64,000 nt of DNA, filler included, from Sphacelaria rigidula (GCA_964200075.2; 8 parts of 8 records of this genome joined end to end with filler, not necessarily neighbours in it), one strand, 5' to 3'. Shown: positions 1-13,650, numbered from the whole stretch's first letter. Program-made: numbers and translations. The notes: generated by a model from the letters alone, not told the origin.

Positions 1-899
1 CCTGTGTCCTTTGCGTGTCCTCGCTCGGCGATTACCACTATCGCTCAAGAGATTCGCATCATCGATGTCACCAGCATTTACCCAATTTTCCATGTATGTT
101 GTGCCAGAACACCGAGAGCTGCGGAGAGATTCTATCTCTTCTTGCTTGCTTAATGCGAAGATCAATGTCTCTCTGCCTCTCCTTTTGAACAAGACGCGTG
201 TCTGTGCACTGAACAACATGTCGTTGAAAAACAGGGCAATGTTCCCGTCACCGCTACTACTGTCCTCTCTCACACACATGCTAGCAAGGACGGTGCTGCG
301 GCAATAACGGATAGATCCAATTTGAAATTAGGGGGTGTTATCATCGTTGATTCTCCCCAACCTCCCCCTCCCGCCAACGGGGCGCTTGACGACACGCCAG
401 TTGGGGTGTGTGCGCGTAAGAGATCAAACACTTGTGTGGAGACCCTCTTGACATGCTGAGTGAAAAAAGATACCTATGGTGGTGACCTAGCTGTTGCTAG
501 CGTGGCGCGTAGGAGTCCGCCCATGCCGCAATATGCAGCGCACGGTGGCCGCGTGAGCACCTCAGTAATAGTAGGTACAACAGCAGCACCAGTGCTTCCC
601 ATGATAATTTAATAATTATTCCGATGTCAGGAGGTCATGTTACTACAGCAAGCTGGGAGGAGAGACGAGACTGCTGTACGATCCACCGCATGTCGTCGCA
701 TTCGAGACCCACGCCATCAACCGCTGACGGCAAGGGTCTTGTGGCTTTCACGCGACGCTGTCGGCAGTACGGCAGGCAAACCCGATCATAGCTACCTTTT
801 CTTGCTTTACCACGGTACTTACTCGCGTCTGCTAATAAAATGCACCCAAATCCTCTGCGGTACAGGTATGAAAGCAAAACATAATATGTTTTTCGAACA

Positions 900-1254
900 G
901 CATCCATGAAATGAAAACGTCTCACAGGACGTGGTGGAGGGAGAAATCCGGGACGTGAATAAAGACGGTATGCAATCGTTTGATGCATTAGACAACAGGG
1001 AGAAAATGATGGCTCTCCAAGGAGATAGGTGGTGGCTAAAGACGGCGAAACAGAACGGGGATACGATGCAGGAGGTTATTGTCTCATACGTGGAAAAACG
1101 TGGGGAGCTCGTGAAGAAACGTGATGAGCGCAAAAATGTCGGAGGTATCTCCATTAGGAGTAGGAACGGTGCTCCGTCTCGAAAAAATGCGTGGTCAATG
1201 ATCAAACGACTGAGGCAAGCAACGACCGAGTACGCCCCTCCCCCTACCCCCTGA
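900..1254 (+). mobile_element. Degenerate 3' end of a LINE (non-LTR retrotransposon) ORF, brown-algal repeat family
   Basis: Translation ...FDALDNREKMMALQGDRWW...RDERKNVGGISIRSRNGAPSRK resembles the C-terminal tail of brown-algal LINE ORFs as I recall them. A related copy lies at 55852-56006. Confidence 0.6.
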
Positions 1255-1608
1255 CAGGTCCAAATAAAAGAAGGTTACATAGGTGTGCGTTTGATTTTCG
1301 GGCACCCTGGAGATGTAGTTTTTTTTCACTGCGTGGTATCGAGTTTTTTTCCCTCCCGGTTTACCGCACCTTGTGAAAAAAACAGTTTTTTTCGGGTTCA
1401 TTTATGGGCGCGTCCACATCGCGATGCCCGGGGGACATGTGGTTTCGGGAACAACTACACATCGTGGTTTTGAGACCCCTGTCTGAGCGCTGATTCCAAC
1501 CACCGCCCCTCCTCCGTATCCCGAACTGACTTTCTCATGTTCGTTGCCGCCGGCCGTCTCTACCTTGTCCACCGTTGATTTCGGTCGCAGCGTTCGACGT
1601 TCAATCAG

Positions 1609-2244
1609 ATGAACGAGCTGTTCCTCATGACGAAGCCTGGCCAGCAGAAGATCGTATACCCTGAAATTCCCTTGTGGGGAAAGTACAGGGTATACAACAC
1701 GCCTAGAGAGGCTGTGGATTCGATACCTCAAGAGATCCTGCATCAGCAATGTACTCGCATGGTCTTGGTCGCATCCAACAGACAACTCAGGCGCCCTGTA
1801 GAACCCGGCAGGGAAGCCTGCCAGCCGGAAGCGGCCCTGTAGTTGGAGGTCTCAGACACGTGCCCATTCTACCATTTGGAATGGGATACGGGCGGGAAGG
1901 GGGTTGTGATGGGGATCGGGTCGAAAATACCGCACAATGGCCCCAGAGACTCGTACATTACCGCTGCGATAGGCGGCGCAGATGGTACGCAGCATGTTGT
2001 AATAGCCAGTGTGCAAGAGAGTCGAGAGAGGAAAGGGAGGCTCACCGCGAAGCAGCCTATCGCGGTCACTCTCGGGGATCTGGTCGTAGGTGGATCGGGA
2101 TTCGAGCAAAGGTGGCTGAGGGCCAGACGCGACACGGGTCGAGAGGGATTGGAGGACGAGGTAGCCCCCGATGATGACCATGATGACTGTGATACTGGAA
2201 GTGATGGCGGTGGTGATGATGGTGGTGATGGCAATAGCAACTAG
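1609..2244 (+). pseudogene. Putative terminal exon of an unknown protein, interrupted by one in-frame TAG (1840-1842)
   Basis: A CAG acceptor lies directly before 1609. ORFs 1609-1842 and 1843-2244 are contiguous and in the same frame, ending in an acidic D/G-rich tail. Confidence 0.4.
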
Positions 2245-5015
2245 TGATGACGCTGGAGTCTCGAGTTGTAGTGGCGTCGTCGGAGAGTGAAAGCAATAGG
2301 TTCACATACAGTTGGGGATGCGGGCGCGAACGTACGGTTCAGGGCGGGGTCGAGATGCTGTCATGTAGCATGATGCGGTGTTGCGATGGTGTGTATGGCG
2401 GGACCGTACGAGCGATCTTGGGGGTGGATGCCAACGATTTCTCTTTCGACAGAGACATTGCCGCCTCATATATGCTCGAACCGGATTGGAAAGCTTGACG
2501 GGTATTTGCAGTACGGTTGAGTCGTGCAATAAACTATTCACGTTGTGCATCGGCCGTCGATTCTTCAGGACAGTGGACGCCCAATCATTCGCTCGGCACA
2601 TCACTGCGTTGGCAGTGATATCCCCCCACCACGTCACCGACAGCACATTACTGACCTTACTGACAGCAACTTGACGCCCAAGATTTTTGTCTGGACACGA
2701 GCCTCGAGATTAACAGTGAAAACATCCGTCGACAATCAAACAAACGTTGTTTTGATCCGTCGCCGGCAGCTAACCAGGGATGGGCGGCATATGAAACTAC
2801 GGACGCACTTCCTACTCCTCCTAAAACTTGCGCATCAGCAGCGTCGTGCGGTACTCCTGAGGGCTTTTCGTCATTCAACGGCTAGGGTCTTTAAACCTCA
2901 TTTCATTGATGAACCTCATTTTTAGAGAATCCCCTGTTGCTTCTTGGTTATGACGGAGTGGTCCTCAACAGATCATGAGTCAGACAGCAAGGGACCACGC
3001 AGATAAGGGCCATCGATCCAGAATCCCCTGTCCCCTGTCACTGCTCCAAACATGCATGCGATAATGCTGAAACCTACGGCTTGGTATTTGGCTATAGAGC
3101 TGACGACCTATAGCTATCATCATGTACACAACATATGTGCAGGTTCATTTTATGTAACTGCTGATTGAGGACTCACGTGTTTGATAGCATCATGTTATAT
3201 CTACAACCAGCTCTTTTACGCAGTACAGCCGCGGCGCAGCCATAGGAGCAGAGCGTAGTGATGGCCTAGAGTAGCAGAGCTAGATCAGCGACCGAGGCAA
3301 AGCCAGTAAGCTGGTCGAGGGTGGGTCGGGAGCATGTGGCGACGCGGGACCAATCCCAACTAATGACAACAACAAACGCGGGAAGAACGCGTCACGGAAC
3401 CCGGGTCTACGAACAGACCCGCACATCGCGATATCTTGTAATGCCACCGAGCGTCATCATACTAGCCCATCCTAGACGAGTCCATATGCAGTTGAATCAT
3501 TATCACCTCAGCACAATGTAAATGCGCCGAGAAACTTCAAAATTCAACGAGAAAGGGCTCTTTTACACTACACTCATATAAAAATATGAAGCGAGGAAAA
3601 GACAAATATACACCCTCCCACACCTTTATAGGCAAGCATCGCTGCGACCCGTCACATTAAACGTTTCATCCAATGAAAAGAAAACGTTGTATCTACGTGA
3701 CACTCACCATCTATATTGAACAAGGCAACACACACGCACGTACATCTACAAAAGCACTAAATGGTACGCACGCGTAGTCTTCATTTGCCAAAGGAACAAG
3801 GTGGAAATGCCAGACAATCCGGGAACAAGGGAGGAAAAACGCAGTTGCGGCATAGCATCGCGGCAATTGCTCTGGTCGGACGCAGATCCAAGTGAGCTCC
3901 ATGTCTTTGTTCGACTCCGTCCCGACACACCCATCGCGTATAGCGAAAGTGGCACCCCACTCATTTCCGTGTCAGAGCGTTTGAAGTATCAAACCTACCT
4001 TGAAGAAAGCGTGCAACGTGAAGTACAATGCGATGGGGAGGGGGGGGATACGCTGCAACAGGGAAATAAAAGCGGGGGTGAAGCCCAAGTTTAGGTTTGG
4101 TGTGCCCAAAGTGCGAAATTCAAACCTCTGCGGGAGTGGGCACGAGCCCATCCAAGACGACACTCGGGGTAAAAAGCCAAGGGTCGTTGGTGAGAACTCT
4201 TTGTTCAGCGCGGCGGATCATCTATCGCGTGTTATGACCACAAATTTGGTGTCAATTAGAAAAACAAAATGTCAGAACGCAATACCCAGCTCGAAGCAAT
4301 AGTCCGGCGAAAATACAACCTGCAACAAGAGCGGTGTAATTGAAAATTCCCGTTGTAACTCTGGGCCACGAGCGACAGAACGGTACAAGAGAAAACACCC
4401 GTGTCACCAGCTGACCAGGCTGCGCCGCAAGATAGGAGGGGTAGAGTAAACAAACAAATACATCCAGATGAATTATCGAAATGCAGTGACTCACCTTGAC
4501 CTAAAACAGTCGCCGGGCACAAATACGGCCTACAACAAGGACGGTATAATTGGCAGTACACGGTGTAACCAAGGACCCGTGCAACAAGACGATGTAAGGG
4601 AGAACCCGTGTGGCGAGCTCTCTTGGCTGGCGGCAGGGGGTTGAGCAGTGACAACAACATATACACCCGGAGAACGAATCATCAAAATTCTAAACATGTG
4701 GGAGGCTGGGCTAGATCTACAGTCTTCTCATCGCGTCAAACAACCACACTCTGGACAATGGACACAATAATAGTACATTGCTTCAGTAATAGACGCGGGG
4801 GAAAACCTATCGATATATATATATGTATGTATGTATGTATATATATATATATCGTCGAACACGATAGATGGTGAAACACATCTTTGGATATGTATCGTAA
4901 GGGGCAATAAATGTTTCAATAGTCGATCGATAGCCTATGGCAAATACAGTAAATGAAGATCACTCGCCACCGATGGAAATCGTGTACCGCAATTGACTCT
5001 GGGATGGTATATATC

Positions 5016-5290
5016 GATAGCCGTTGCCGTTACCAATAGGTTTGGTGAGCCATCCATTGATAGTCATTGCCGTCATCAATAAATTTGATGAGCCATCCAT
5101 CGATAGTCATTGCCGTCATCAACAGATTGGTGAGCCATCTATCAATACCTACTACCATCATCAATAGATTTGGTGAGCCGTCTATCAAAAGCCTCTGCAG
5201 CCAACAAAGGATTTTGGGGTATCTCCCAATAATCATTGCCGTCGACAATTGATGTTGTAGGGAGCATCTATCGATAGCCAGTGACGTCAA
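5016..5290. repeat. Degenerate ~43-bp tandem array (GATAGTCATTGCCGTCATCAATAGATTTGGTGAGCCATCCATC-like)
   Basis: Unit starts at 5016, 5059, 5102 and ~5144. A related array lies at ~7045-7160. Confidence 0.8.
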
Positions 5291-5732
5291 CGATGGGTTT
5301 TGATAGATATATGGCTCACTGCAGTGGTCTCATGGCATCAACGGCAATGACACTCACACATGAACACGCAACTATCTGAGGCGGTAGTTGGCCATAGCTT
5401 TTGTGGAATAAGGTAGAAGCGTTTCCCGATAATGTGCATACGAAGTACATAGCTAGTGATCGACGCCATTCACACCCGTGGACAGAACGCACCCTGTGGG
5501 GCGCACTGTGTAGGGTCCGTACTGGGTCCTCCGCAGTCTTTGTGAAAAAAAACTGACAGTGAAAGCGCAAATATGTACCTCTCGTAGCGTTGTGATAGGG
5601 TTTTCCCAGGGTTGAATTTGCAGTCTTGTGTAGGCACGTCGGCAAAGCCCTGCACAGTCATGTAATTTCATTTTTTGTTTTCTTGAAAATCCCAAATATT
5701 TTGGTACAACATCTGTAAATTTACATATACTA

Positions 5733-5824
5733 AATAGCTTGTCCTGCTGTCCGAGATGAATTCCTCTTTGCCCGATTTGAATCGGGCAAAGAGGAATTCA
5801 TCTCGGACAGCAGGACAAGCTATT
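5733..5824. repeat. Perfect palindrome with 45-bp arms and a 2-nt loop
   Basis: 5733-5777 (AATAGCTTGTCC...GCCCGATT) is the exact reverse complement of 5780-5824. Confidence 0.95.
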
Positions 5825-6272
5825 CAAAACAGAACCTTTTCTCGCCCAATTTATTTGGGCAAAAAGAACAATTTATTTCGAACAGCAGAAGAACCTAATC
5901 AAAATATATCCTTTTTACGCCCATTTTTAAATGGGAGAAAAAATATCTATTTAGAACAGATTTTTCTGCTGGGCAAATCCCATGCACACTGGAAGATTTG
6001 GAATTTAAACAGCAGAAGAAGCTCGAAAACAATCTTCACTTTGCCCTCCAATTCATCCGGAAATTGGGGGGGAAGAGATTTATTGCGAACAGCATCAGCT
6101 GGGCATATCCCGCATACTGCACCGTTATCAGCGTATGGGATCCGACACGCAAAAACACTTGTTGAAAGTATTTCATCCTTTCGCCCCCCGGTCCATGTAA
6201 ACATGGGCTGAAGGATGAAACAATTTCAACAACTTTCGCTGAATAGAGATCCCACACACTGCAGCTTTCATT

Positions 6273-6445
6273 GTGGCCAGCAATACATACTGGTGGCCGT
6301 GGTTCAGATTGCATTGTGACCAGCGATAGACATTAGTGGCCGTGATTCAGATTGTATTTTCACCAGTAATAGACATCGGTGGGCGCCGTTTAGATCCTAT
6401 TGTGACCAACAATATGTATTGGTGGCCGCAATTCAGAGCCTATTG
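6273..6445. repeat. Degenerate 43-bp tandem array (GTGGCCGTGGTTCAGATTGCATTGTGACCAGC...)
   Basis: Unit starts at 6293, 6336, 6379 and 6422. Confidence 0.8.
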
Positions 6446-7917
6446 CAAAAAGAAATAACATGTATGTATCGATAGAAACGTGGCCACTCCATTGTCACGG
6501 CAATGATACATTCTGTCCCTTGTTCCGAATCTATTGTCGCCTACGATACCTATTGATAGACAGTGATGTCAGTCGATTACGACTGACGATGAACATTGAC
6601 AGTCAAGTTTTCGAGGCTATTGCATCCACAATGTTCCATTACATAGTCCATTGTCCAGGGTATGAGCACATTTCACCCAGGCAAAAAAATGTAAAACAAG
6701 CGCCATGTCCATCACGGGGACAAACCCTGAGGACCAACATCATACCATCAACAAAACTCGTAAAATTGTGTCTATACATATTGCGGACTCCTAGATCATA
6801 CAACCGTTCCAAATTTGCAGACCTGTGACGTCAAATTTTCAGAAGTAGTGATATCACATACCCACTACACATTCACCTGCTTTAACTGAGTATGATATGC
6901 GCTATGGTACTAGTGTGTGGAAATGTAGGTGTGGCAGTAGACGAGAGAGAATATCTATCGGTAGCCATTGTATACCAGAAGAGATTCTGGTTTGTATCTA
7001 TCGATATTCATTGCCACCCTCAATAGATCTTGTACGCATTCTATCAATAGCCATCGCCGTCATCATTAGATTTGGTACACAATCTGTCAATAGCCATCGC
7101 CATTATCAGTATATTTGGCACACTGTCTGTCGATGACCATTACCGTCATCAATATGTTCGGAAAGCTATCGATCGATATATTCGGTCGGCTGCAATTGTT
7201 GTTTCAAGTGTAGGGCTACAATAGAAAGCTACCCGGGCAATAGTGTGGGAAAGGGGTGTACCGATAGACATAGCAAACGACAATAGAAAGAGAACTTGTC
7301 GATCGATAGCGATTACGGACGACAATATTGGCATCTATTGCGGCGGGTTCTATTGCTATTGCAATAGATGCCTTCTATTGTCCACGGTGTGAAAACAACT
7401 CGAAGACAAGAAAAAAAACAATAAATGCTCAGGAGACATGGGCAAAGATGCGACAGCGACAAGAAATATGACTGCGGCTACTAGAAACGCAGTCACCAAG
7501 AAGGCGAACTCAGCACAATGGGACACAGTACCAAAACCCGCGGGGGGCTACAACGCAGCAAAGGGAAGGGGGGGAAGGCTTCGATTTGATGTCTGACCTG
7601 ATCGGATTGGGGGATTTTGAAATCCCCAAAGGTGAGCTCATCGCTCGCTGCATCGCTCATCGCCGAAGGATGCGGGCTGTATGTCGTAGCAACTCATGTT
7701 TAGGCTTACGATGCAACCGGTATTGGGGGGGCACGATCTGATACCTGACCAGATCGGCCGAATGGGGTGCTGAGAGGCTGTAAGGGCAGCGGCATACGAA
7801 AGGGGCACGTGGGCTGTGTCCGAAGGCGTTTCTTCTACAATGAAAATGTTCGAGCTCAACTAATATTTCCTTAGTACGGCAAAAAATTATACTTTGCACT
7901 GATGAGGGACACGGTGC

Positions 7918-8017
7918 NNNNNNNNNNNNNNNNNNNNNNNNNNNNNNNNNNNNNNNNNNNNTTAATTAATTAANNNNNNNNNNNNNNNNNNNNNNNNNNN
8001 NNNNNNNNNNNNNNNNN
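7918..8017. other. Artificial contig spacer N44-TTAATTAATTAA-N44 (also at 15934-16033, 23949-24048, 31964-32063, 39979-40078, 47993-48092, 56007-56106)
   Basis: An identical 100-bp spacer occurs seven times. The 12-mer has stops in all six frames. The intervening contigs have near-identical, decreasing lengths. Confidence 0.97.
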
Positions 8018-8309
8018 AGCACTGTTTTAGGCTTGAGCCTCATCTCGAAGTTAAACCTCAATTCTCACAATTTGTTGTTTTTTGTTCTTTAGAGGGTATC
8101 ACCACTAGACCAAGTAGTCAGCGCTAACTACTTGGTCTTCTACTGGTGATAGCCTCCAACGAACAAGAGGGATGTTTTTGAGCTTGAGAGCCATCTCGCG
8201 CGATCCTCCAGGTTTCCTCTGGCCAACGCTGAAGCTGACAAGATCCAGTGCCTCCACCAATCGGAAGAGGCAAATCCACCGATTGTATCGGACGGCAAGA
8301 TGCACCACT

Positions 8310-8757
8310 AACAACAAATTGTGCGAATTGAGGTCCAACTCCGAGATGCTTTCCCCACACTTTCAGCGATGGTGCCGAATGACGTTTTCCCCAGCCTAAT
8401 GCCCCTCGATCGTGTAGATACTTCTTCAGCGCAATTCGCTGACTCTGGGAGCTTTCAGCGCTGACCGAAACCGTCATCTTCTTCAGCGCAATTCGCCGAC
8501 TCGGTGAGCTTACAGCGCTGACCGAAACCGTCATTTCCCCCCCTTGAGGGGGGGGAATATCAGGGAAAATGACGGTTTCAGTCAGCGCTGTAAGCTCCCA
8601 GAGTCAGCGAATTGCGCTGAAGAAGTATCTACACGATCGACGGGCATTAGGCTGACAAAAACGTCACTGGGCACCATCGCTGAAAGTGTGGGGAAAGCAC
8701 TATTTTAGGCTTGAACCTCATCTCGGAGTTAAACCTCAATTCGCACAATTTGTTGTT
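8310..8757. repeat. ~450-bp foldback (long inverted repeat), MITE/foldback-like
   Basis: 8310-~8534 is the reverse complement of ~8567-8757 around a poly-C/poly-G centre. The left arm has an internal ~57-bp duplication. A third partial arm copy lies at 8018-8080. Confidence 0.85.
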
Positions 8758-11700
8758 CACTCTTGGCCAGGCGGTGGTTACTGTGTGGCTTTTATCTGCA
8801 CGGCATCGATGCCAGCCACTCGGGATAACAACACGACAGCCAACAAAAAGTGTCAGCAGCGTCCATGCGAATACCGTCCTTTCCTCGGAGTGAGTTCCGT
8901 CCGGGCAGCATGAAGCAACACACAATGACGACAGTAGACGAGGAATATTGTTTCTGGTCCCATATCCAAATAAGGGGTTATGGTAATATCGTGATGTTGC
9001 CACAAGCCTTCGTATCGATCGAAAGCTGTGTGCCCGATGCAGCAGCAAACTAATCGCAAATGGAGACGACTGAAACGCCAACAACCCCGGTCAACGTAAC
9101 CATACCGCGGGCACGGCGATGCTCAAAGTGGACGTCGGGTACACCGACCCGTTTAGAATTAGGCGAAGCACCACTATTGAGGTACTACACCGCGGCTGCG
9201 GGCCCCAGACGGCCCGCAAAACATGTGACGGAGGTTGAACTATAATCAAGCCTATAACTGTAATACAATGCGGACGGTCTGTTCAAATGTATTTGTTTTT
9301 TCAATCGAAATTAAATCAATTGAAAATAGTATCTCACCATAGAAATGACCTACGACAGCACCGCCATCTCGTCACAACCTTTAGTGGGGGTGTAAAACGT
9401 CAGCGGAAATTTCGCACGGCATTCGTCCCATCTTTAGGAGAAATTGACGCCAAATGTCGTAGTGGAGGGCGAAAGGAGATACATTTCACCCCATTGCTCA
9501 TATCCAGGGCTTCAAAATAAGCTATAGATCGTGGCTGATCTTCTCGCGTATCGAGAAATATGTTGGCATATGCCCCGCACCAAACCGATGTCTTCTTTAC
9601 TGTGGTGTTGGATTTTTGGGACTCGTGACGCAAAATATGACTAATAATGTACGTCATTTAATTCAATGCAATGGATTGAATTTCAATGCAGAGCCAGGGG
9701 GGTTAAACAACGGGTGCGGAGGCAACTTGCTGTATACCTGCTGACGGTATTTTCGTGAAGCTTACAGTTATTGCGTGGATTTCCATGAGTCGCAAAGGAA
9801 GTTCTGCCAGTGGGGCTTCGAGTGGGGTGAGTCTTTTTCCTGCACGTAGGTGTACGTTACGTGATGGAGTTACCCCTTCCCCACCGGCCTCCTTGTGAGA
9901 TGTTTCTCTCAGATGTACTTCCGCGTGAAGCGCGGTCAACCACTCCTTTTCCGGACCGACTACTGAACATGAGCTATCGTTTACAGATCTCGACTAAATA
10001 TTTCCGAAAGCGCAGATTTTTCCCTTTATCTTGCACAGCAATATGAGCTCTGCATTTTGTTTTAGAAAATTGGGGTTGGAAAACACTTTCTACGGGGGTG
10101 TTATTCCCCGGCACACTCTCCATGGTTTCGCGTTCATGTCGAGGTTCTCTACAGGAACGAGTAGGCATATGTGGTGTGCCGGTTGGCTAGGCTAGTGCGT
10201 GTTGATGTATGCATAGCTGAAATTTAACAAGGGATGTCGTTTTACAATATGAATTTCATGCAAAAAGTGTGAGGTGGAGGCACATGTGATGTGCCCGTTG
10301 GCCAGGCTAGTCCGCATAAAGACGTACGGACAGGCTTACCCTACGAGCGCCGGGTCTCGTTTCTCTATAACTGAACATTTCGGCAAAAAGTCCCGGTGGA
10401 TATGTGCAACAATGCCACTACATCTATACTACAGATTTGAACAACGCGTTGCAGTCAAAACAGGGCAGTGCTGCACTGCCTGCGTACGATGTAAACGTTA
10501 GTTTGCATGCTGTATCGCAGCAGTGTGCCGACGATGGACACTGGCACCTCAGTGCATGCGGCGTTCCCACGGAAATGATTAGTAATGTTGACCCCGCAAG
10601 CAATAGCCTGCAACCCTTGGCCAGAGGCCTGTGTTTCGGTCGGGCGATGCGCTGTGCGAAGAAACGTCGATTTCAACGTCGACGGTGAAGAGCTGTCGCC
10701 TTTTGGACAATACTGGACAAGACATCACGTAGTGTTCTCCGTCATCGCTCTCAGCCACTCGAAGTTGCACTACACTGGGACTGCCATCGAACACTCGCAC
10801 ACAAACCCGCGGCTGCACTGCCATCCATCAATCAGGAAGAGCGGGGTAAATGGACGTGCGTTACGAATCTGTGCTCGATCCCTGCTTTACCGCCGGTGTT
10901 TGGGAAAATGCCGTGTTCAAACAGCAAGTACTCTATCGTTTCGTGACCATCTCGTTGCCGCTAAAGACCGTAGTTCGTACGTTCTTTTCTAAAACGGGCC
11001 TACCGCCCAGTGCTGCAATCTTTGCCTACCCGATAATGAGACGCGTGGATATCCGTTGGCCCCTGGCAACGTGCGTAGTTTTATCTGATTGAGAAAAGCT
11101 GGAGATCAAGAGTGGGCGGCTAGAGACGAGTTACTAAAGGTGGTTGGTCACCCAAACAGCCTCTGCGACGACGAGCGCTTTGCTCCCATTCACGGCCGTC
11201 GAAACCCGTTATGTTGTCAGAAGCTCCCGCACTCTACCAGTTCACACGAAAGTACTGTAGCAGGTACTACACGTTTTTATTCGCAGTATTTGTAGTGGCT
11301 TCAGATATCGTGCTTCCTCAACCATGGCAGTGGGTTGCAGCATGCTTATTGATCAACACGTTTTATTTTGCGATGCTACTGCAGCAGCGCCCATGCCTTA
11401 ACAACACCACCTTCCAAATTATTGCGGATTATCAGCGGATGTAGTATCGGAACGTAAGTCCTGGGCGTTTAAACGGTGAATGGTTTTGACTCTTTCGCTA
11501 CTGAGGTTGTCTGCAGAGACTATTCAGATTTTAATGACATTTCCCATGTAGGTCTAATTAACGTTTCATCATGTCCATCATATTATTCGCCCAAAATGTG
11601 CAATTTTCCCTAGGCCCTGCAAACGTGCAGAAGAATGAGAATGACATTCATGGTTGATTGTTTCCGCGCCTCGCGCATATGCACGCCAGTCCGAGTACGT

Positions 11701-12899
11701 CAGCAAAACAGTCAATGGGTGGCCAGAGGTGTTATCTTGTGTGTCGCATTGGCTACAAATTACAACGTGTGTTATACAGAAGTTGGTAACCTCACAGCAT
11801 GTGCTGTGCAGATGGTGGGAATGTACGTCAACCACAGTTCAAGGTCGGCTGAGTGGTTCGGATGAAGTTGGCAACGTTCCCAACTAAGGTGCCGCATAAT
11901 TGATTAAATACTCTCAACTTCTACTACTTTTAACACCCTAAAACTCATAGCTGAATTCGAGTGGTATTCCAACCGCAAGTCCCATGCAACCAAACTTGGG
12001 ACTTGGGCGACATAGGAGTTGTCAGTATTGCACGGCCTATGGTTACTTGATGTCTGACAAAGAAACTTACTCGACGGTCTACCACAACAACTCGAATTCG
12101 CGTTTATACCAAAAAGCCACTTAACACGCAAGAAGGATGCCGCTGACGCATCTCCCATCAAATACTGTACCGTGCGACTCCATTTCGGTCGTGCTCATGA
12201 AACAAGACACCTTGCCGTATGCACTTGTGTTTGGTTCGTGTTTCTAGTGCAGTAGTAGTAGTAGTGCAGTAGTGGCGTGTTTATGTGGTGTGCTGTTACT
12301 TTCTCCAATGTAGTGTTATTCTTGTTGTTGTTGTCTTCCCGTTGAAAATCATTCCGATATCTGCGCAGTACTCTGTACCGGGAATCTGATGCGGACACCT
12401 TCCGTGGTCACAGGCTACATTAGCTACCCCAAAATAGGGTAAAGGGAAATTATAAAATTATTCAGACCCAGAAAAATTCGCTCAGACGCGATACAAATAA
12501 GGAGGTCAAATATAACTGATTAAAAATACCAATAAAAAGAAAAGGGGAAGAAAAAAGGACTGCTACTGCTGTGCGGAAAAAATAATAGAATAGTAATGAT
12601 CATAACTGTTATCCTATTACATTCCGATACCGTATGCGACCATTCGGGCTACTGGAGGCAAGGCTCATTGATCCACTCAACACGCGAGGTCAAACAGGAA
12701 GGGAGCCAAACTCGGGGACCCAGAGCACCAACCATAGCGATGAGAATCGCAGGGCTCTCCTTGCACCTCTAGAGGGACAGCCGTGTCTACGAATGTACTA
12801 AGCATAACAGGGAAAACACCACATAACAACACGCCACCTCGGGGAAGGAGTGCACGAAAGTCAGCAATTAGTAGGAAAAAAATAAGACAACGGGAGATG

Positions 12900-13650
12900 A
12901 TGTCGGGCCCTGCCTCTTCCGCCATGTTCAGTTCGGTACAAGCTGGCCACGTATTCATCCATCTCCTCCCTGCTCTCCTCAAAGATCCCGTTTAATCGCA
13001 CGTATTCGGCTGGCCTCTTCCTCGTTCTTGTGTCAAGAGATCTTAAACCTCTCCACTCCCTGCAGCACCCCCGCGTGCCATGGTATCCCCCCTTTCTTCT
13101 TCGCTGCTGAAGGCAAGAGGGCACTTTCAACTCCGAACGACTGTCGGCTGTCGTCCGTTGAGCCGTTCGTGGCTCCGGAAGCTTTAAAATCGTCCCTCAG
13201 GCAATCAGCCAGGTTTGCTCCGGGACATCCGGTCTTCTTGAGGGCCTGGGCGTACGATAACTGTCGGCAGGTGCCACGGCCGCGGAGGTACCCGATAAAT
13301 CGCAGGAAGAGCCGGTAGTGTACCGTGCTCAGCACCCGGTAGTGCTCGCGGCGCGGGGCCCACGTCACACATCCGTGCAGTACAACCTCCATCGTCTCCG
13401 TCTTCACCAGTCGGACCTTGAGCCTCTACGGTGCTTGCCGTCGGTCAAACAGCTCCCGGGATATCTTTCTGATGCATGCCCACGCGGCTCTGCTCCGGTT
13501 GTTGATTCCTTGTGTGAACTCGCCATCTTCAGTGACAAAACCACCCAAGTATCGGAATTTCGTGGTTTGTGTGTACTTCTGGCCCGCAGCTTCGATGACC
13601 AGTGGCGGGGGAGGTCGTGTTGGTGGTTTCATATATTTCAATCACCATTT
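12900..13650 (-). mobile_element. 5'-truncated, decayed LINE (RTE-like): C-terminal part of the RT ORF
   Basis: Minus-strand peptides KYTQTTKFRYLGGFVTEDGEFTQGINNRSRAAWACIRK and KTETMEVVLHGCVTWAPRREHY...RFIGY match the post-RT 'F.YLG...I..RI..A...' and 'LLYGCETW' motifs of RTE/L2-type LINEs. Confidence 0.8.

Noticed and set aside
1-285. Open minus-strand frame running off the window start
   Set aside because: About 90 codons with no recognisable domain; it cannot be distinguished from chance.
2500-2780. Possible hAT-transposase remnant on the minus strand
   Set aside because: Only a vague motif resemblance (LSTDVFT, VTWWG) with stops; not supportable.
5016-7160. 43-bp arrays as CRISPR
   Set aside because: Whole units are degenerate copies with no unique spacers.
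7962-7973. Recurrent TTAATTAATTAA as a biological motif
   Set aside because: It is always centred in exactly 44+44 Ns, so it is an assembly linker.
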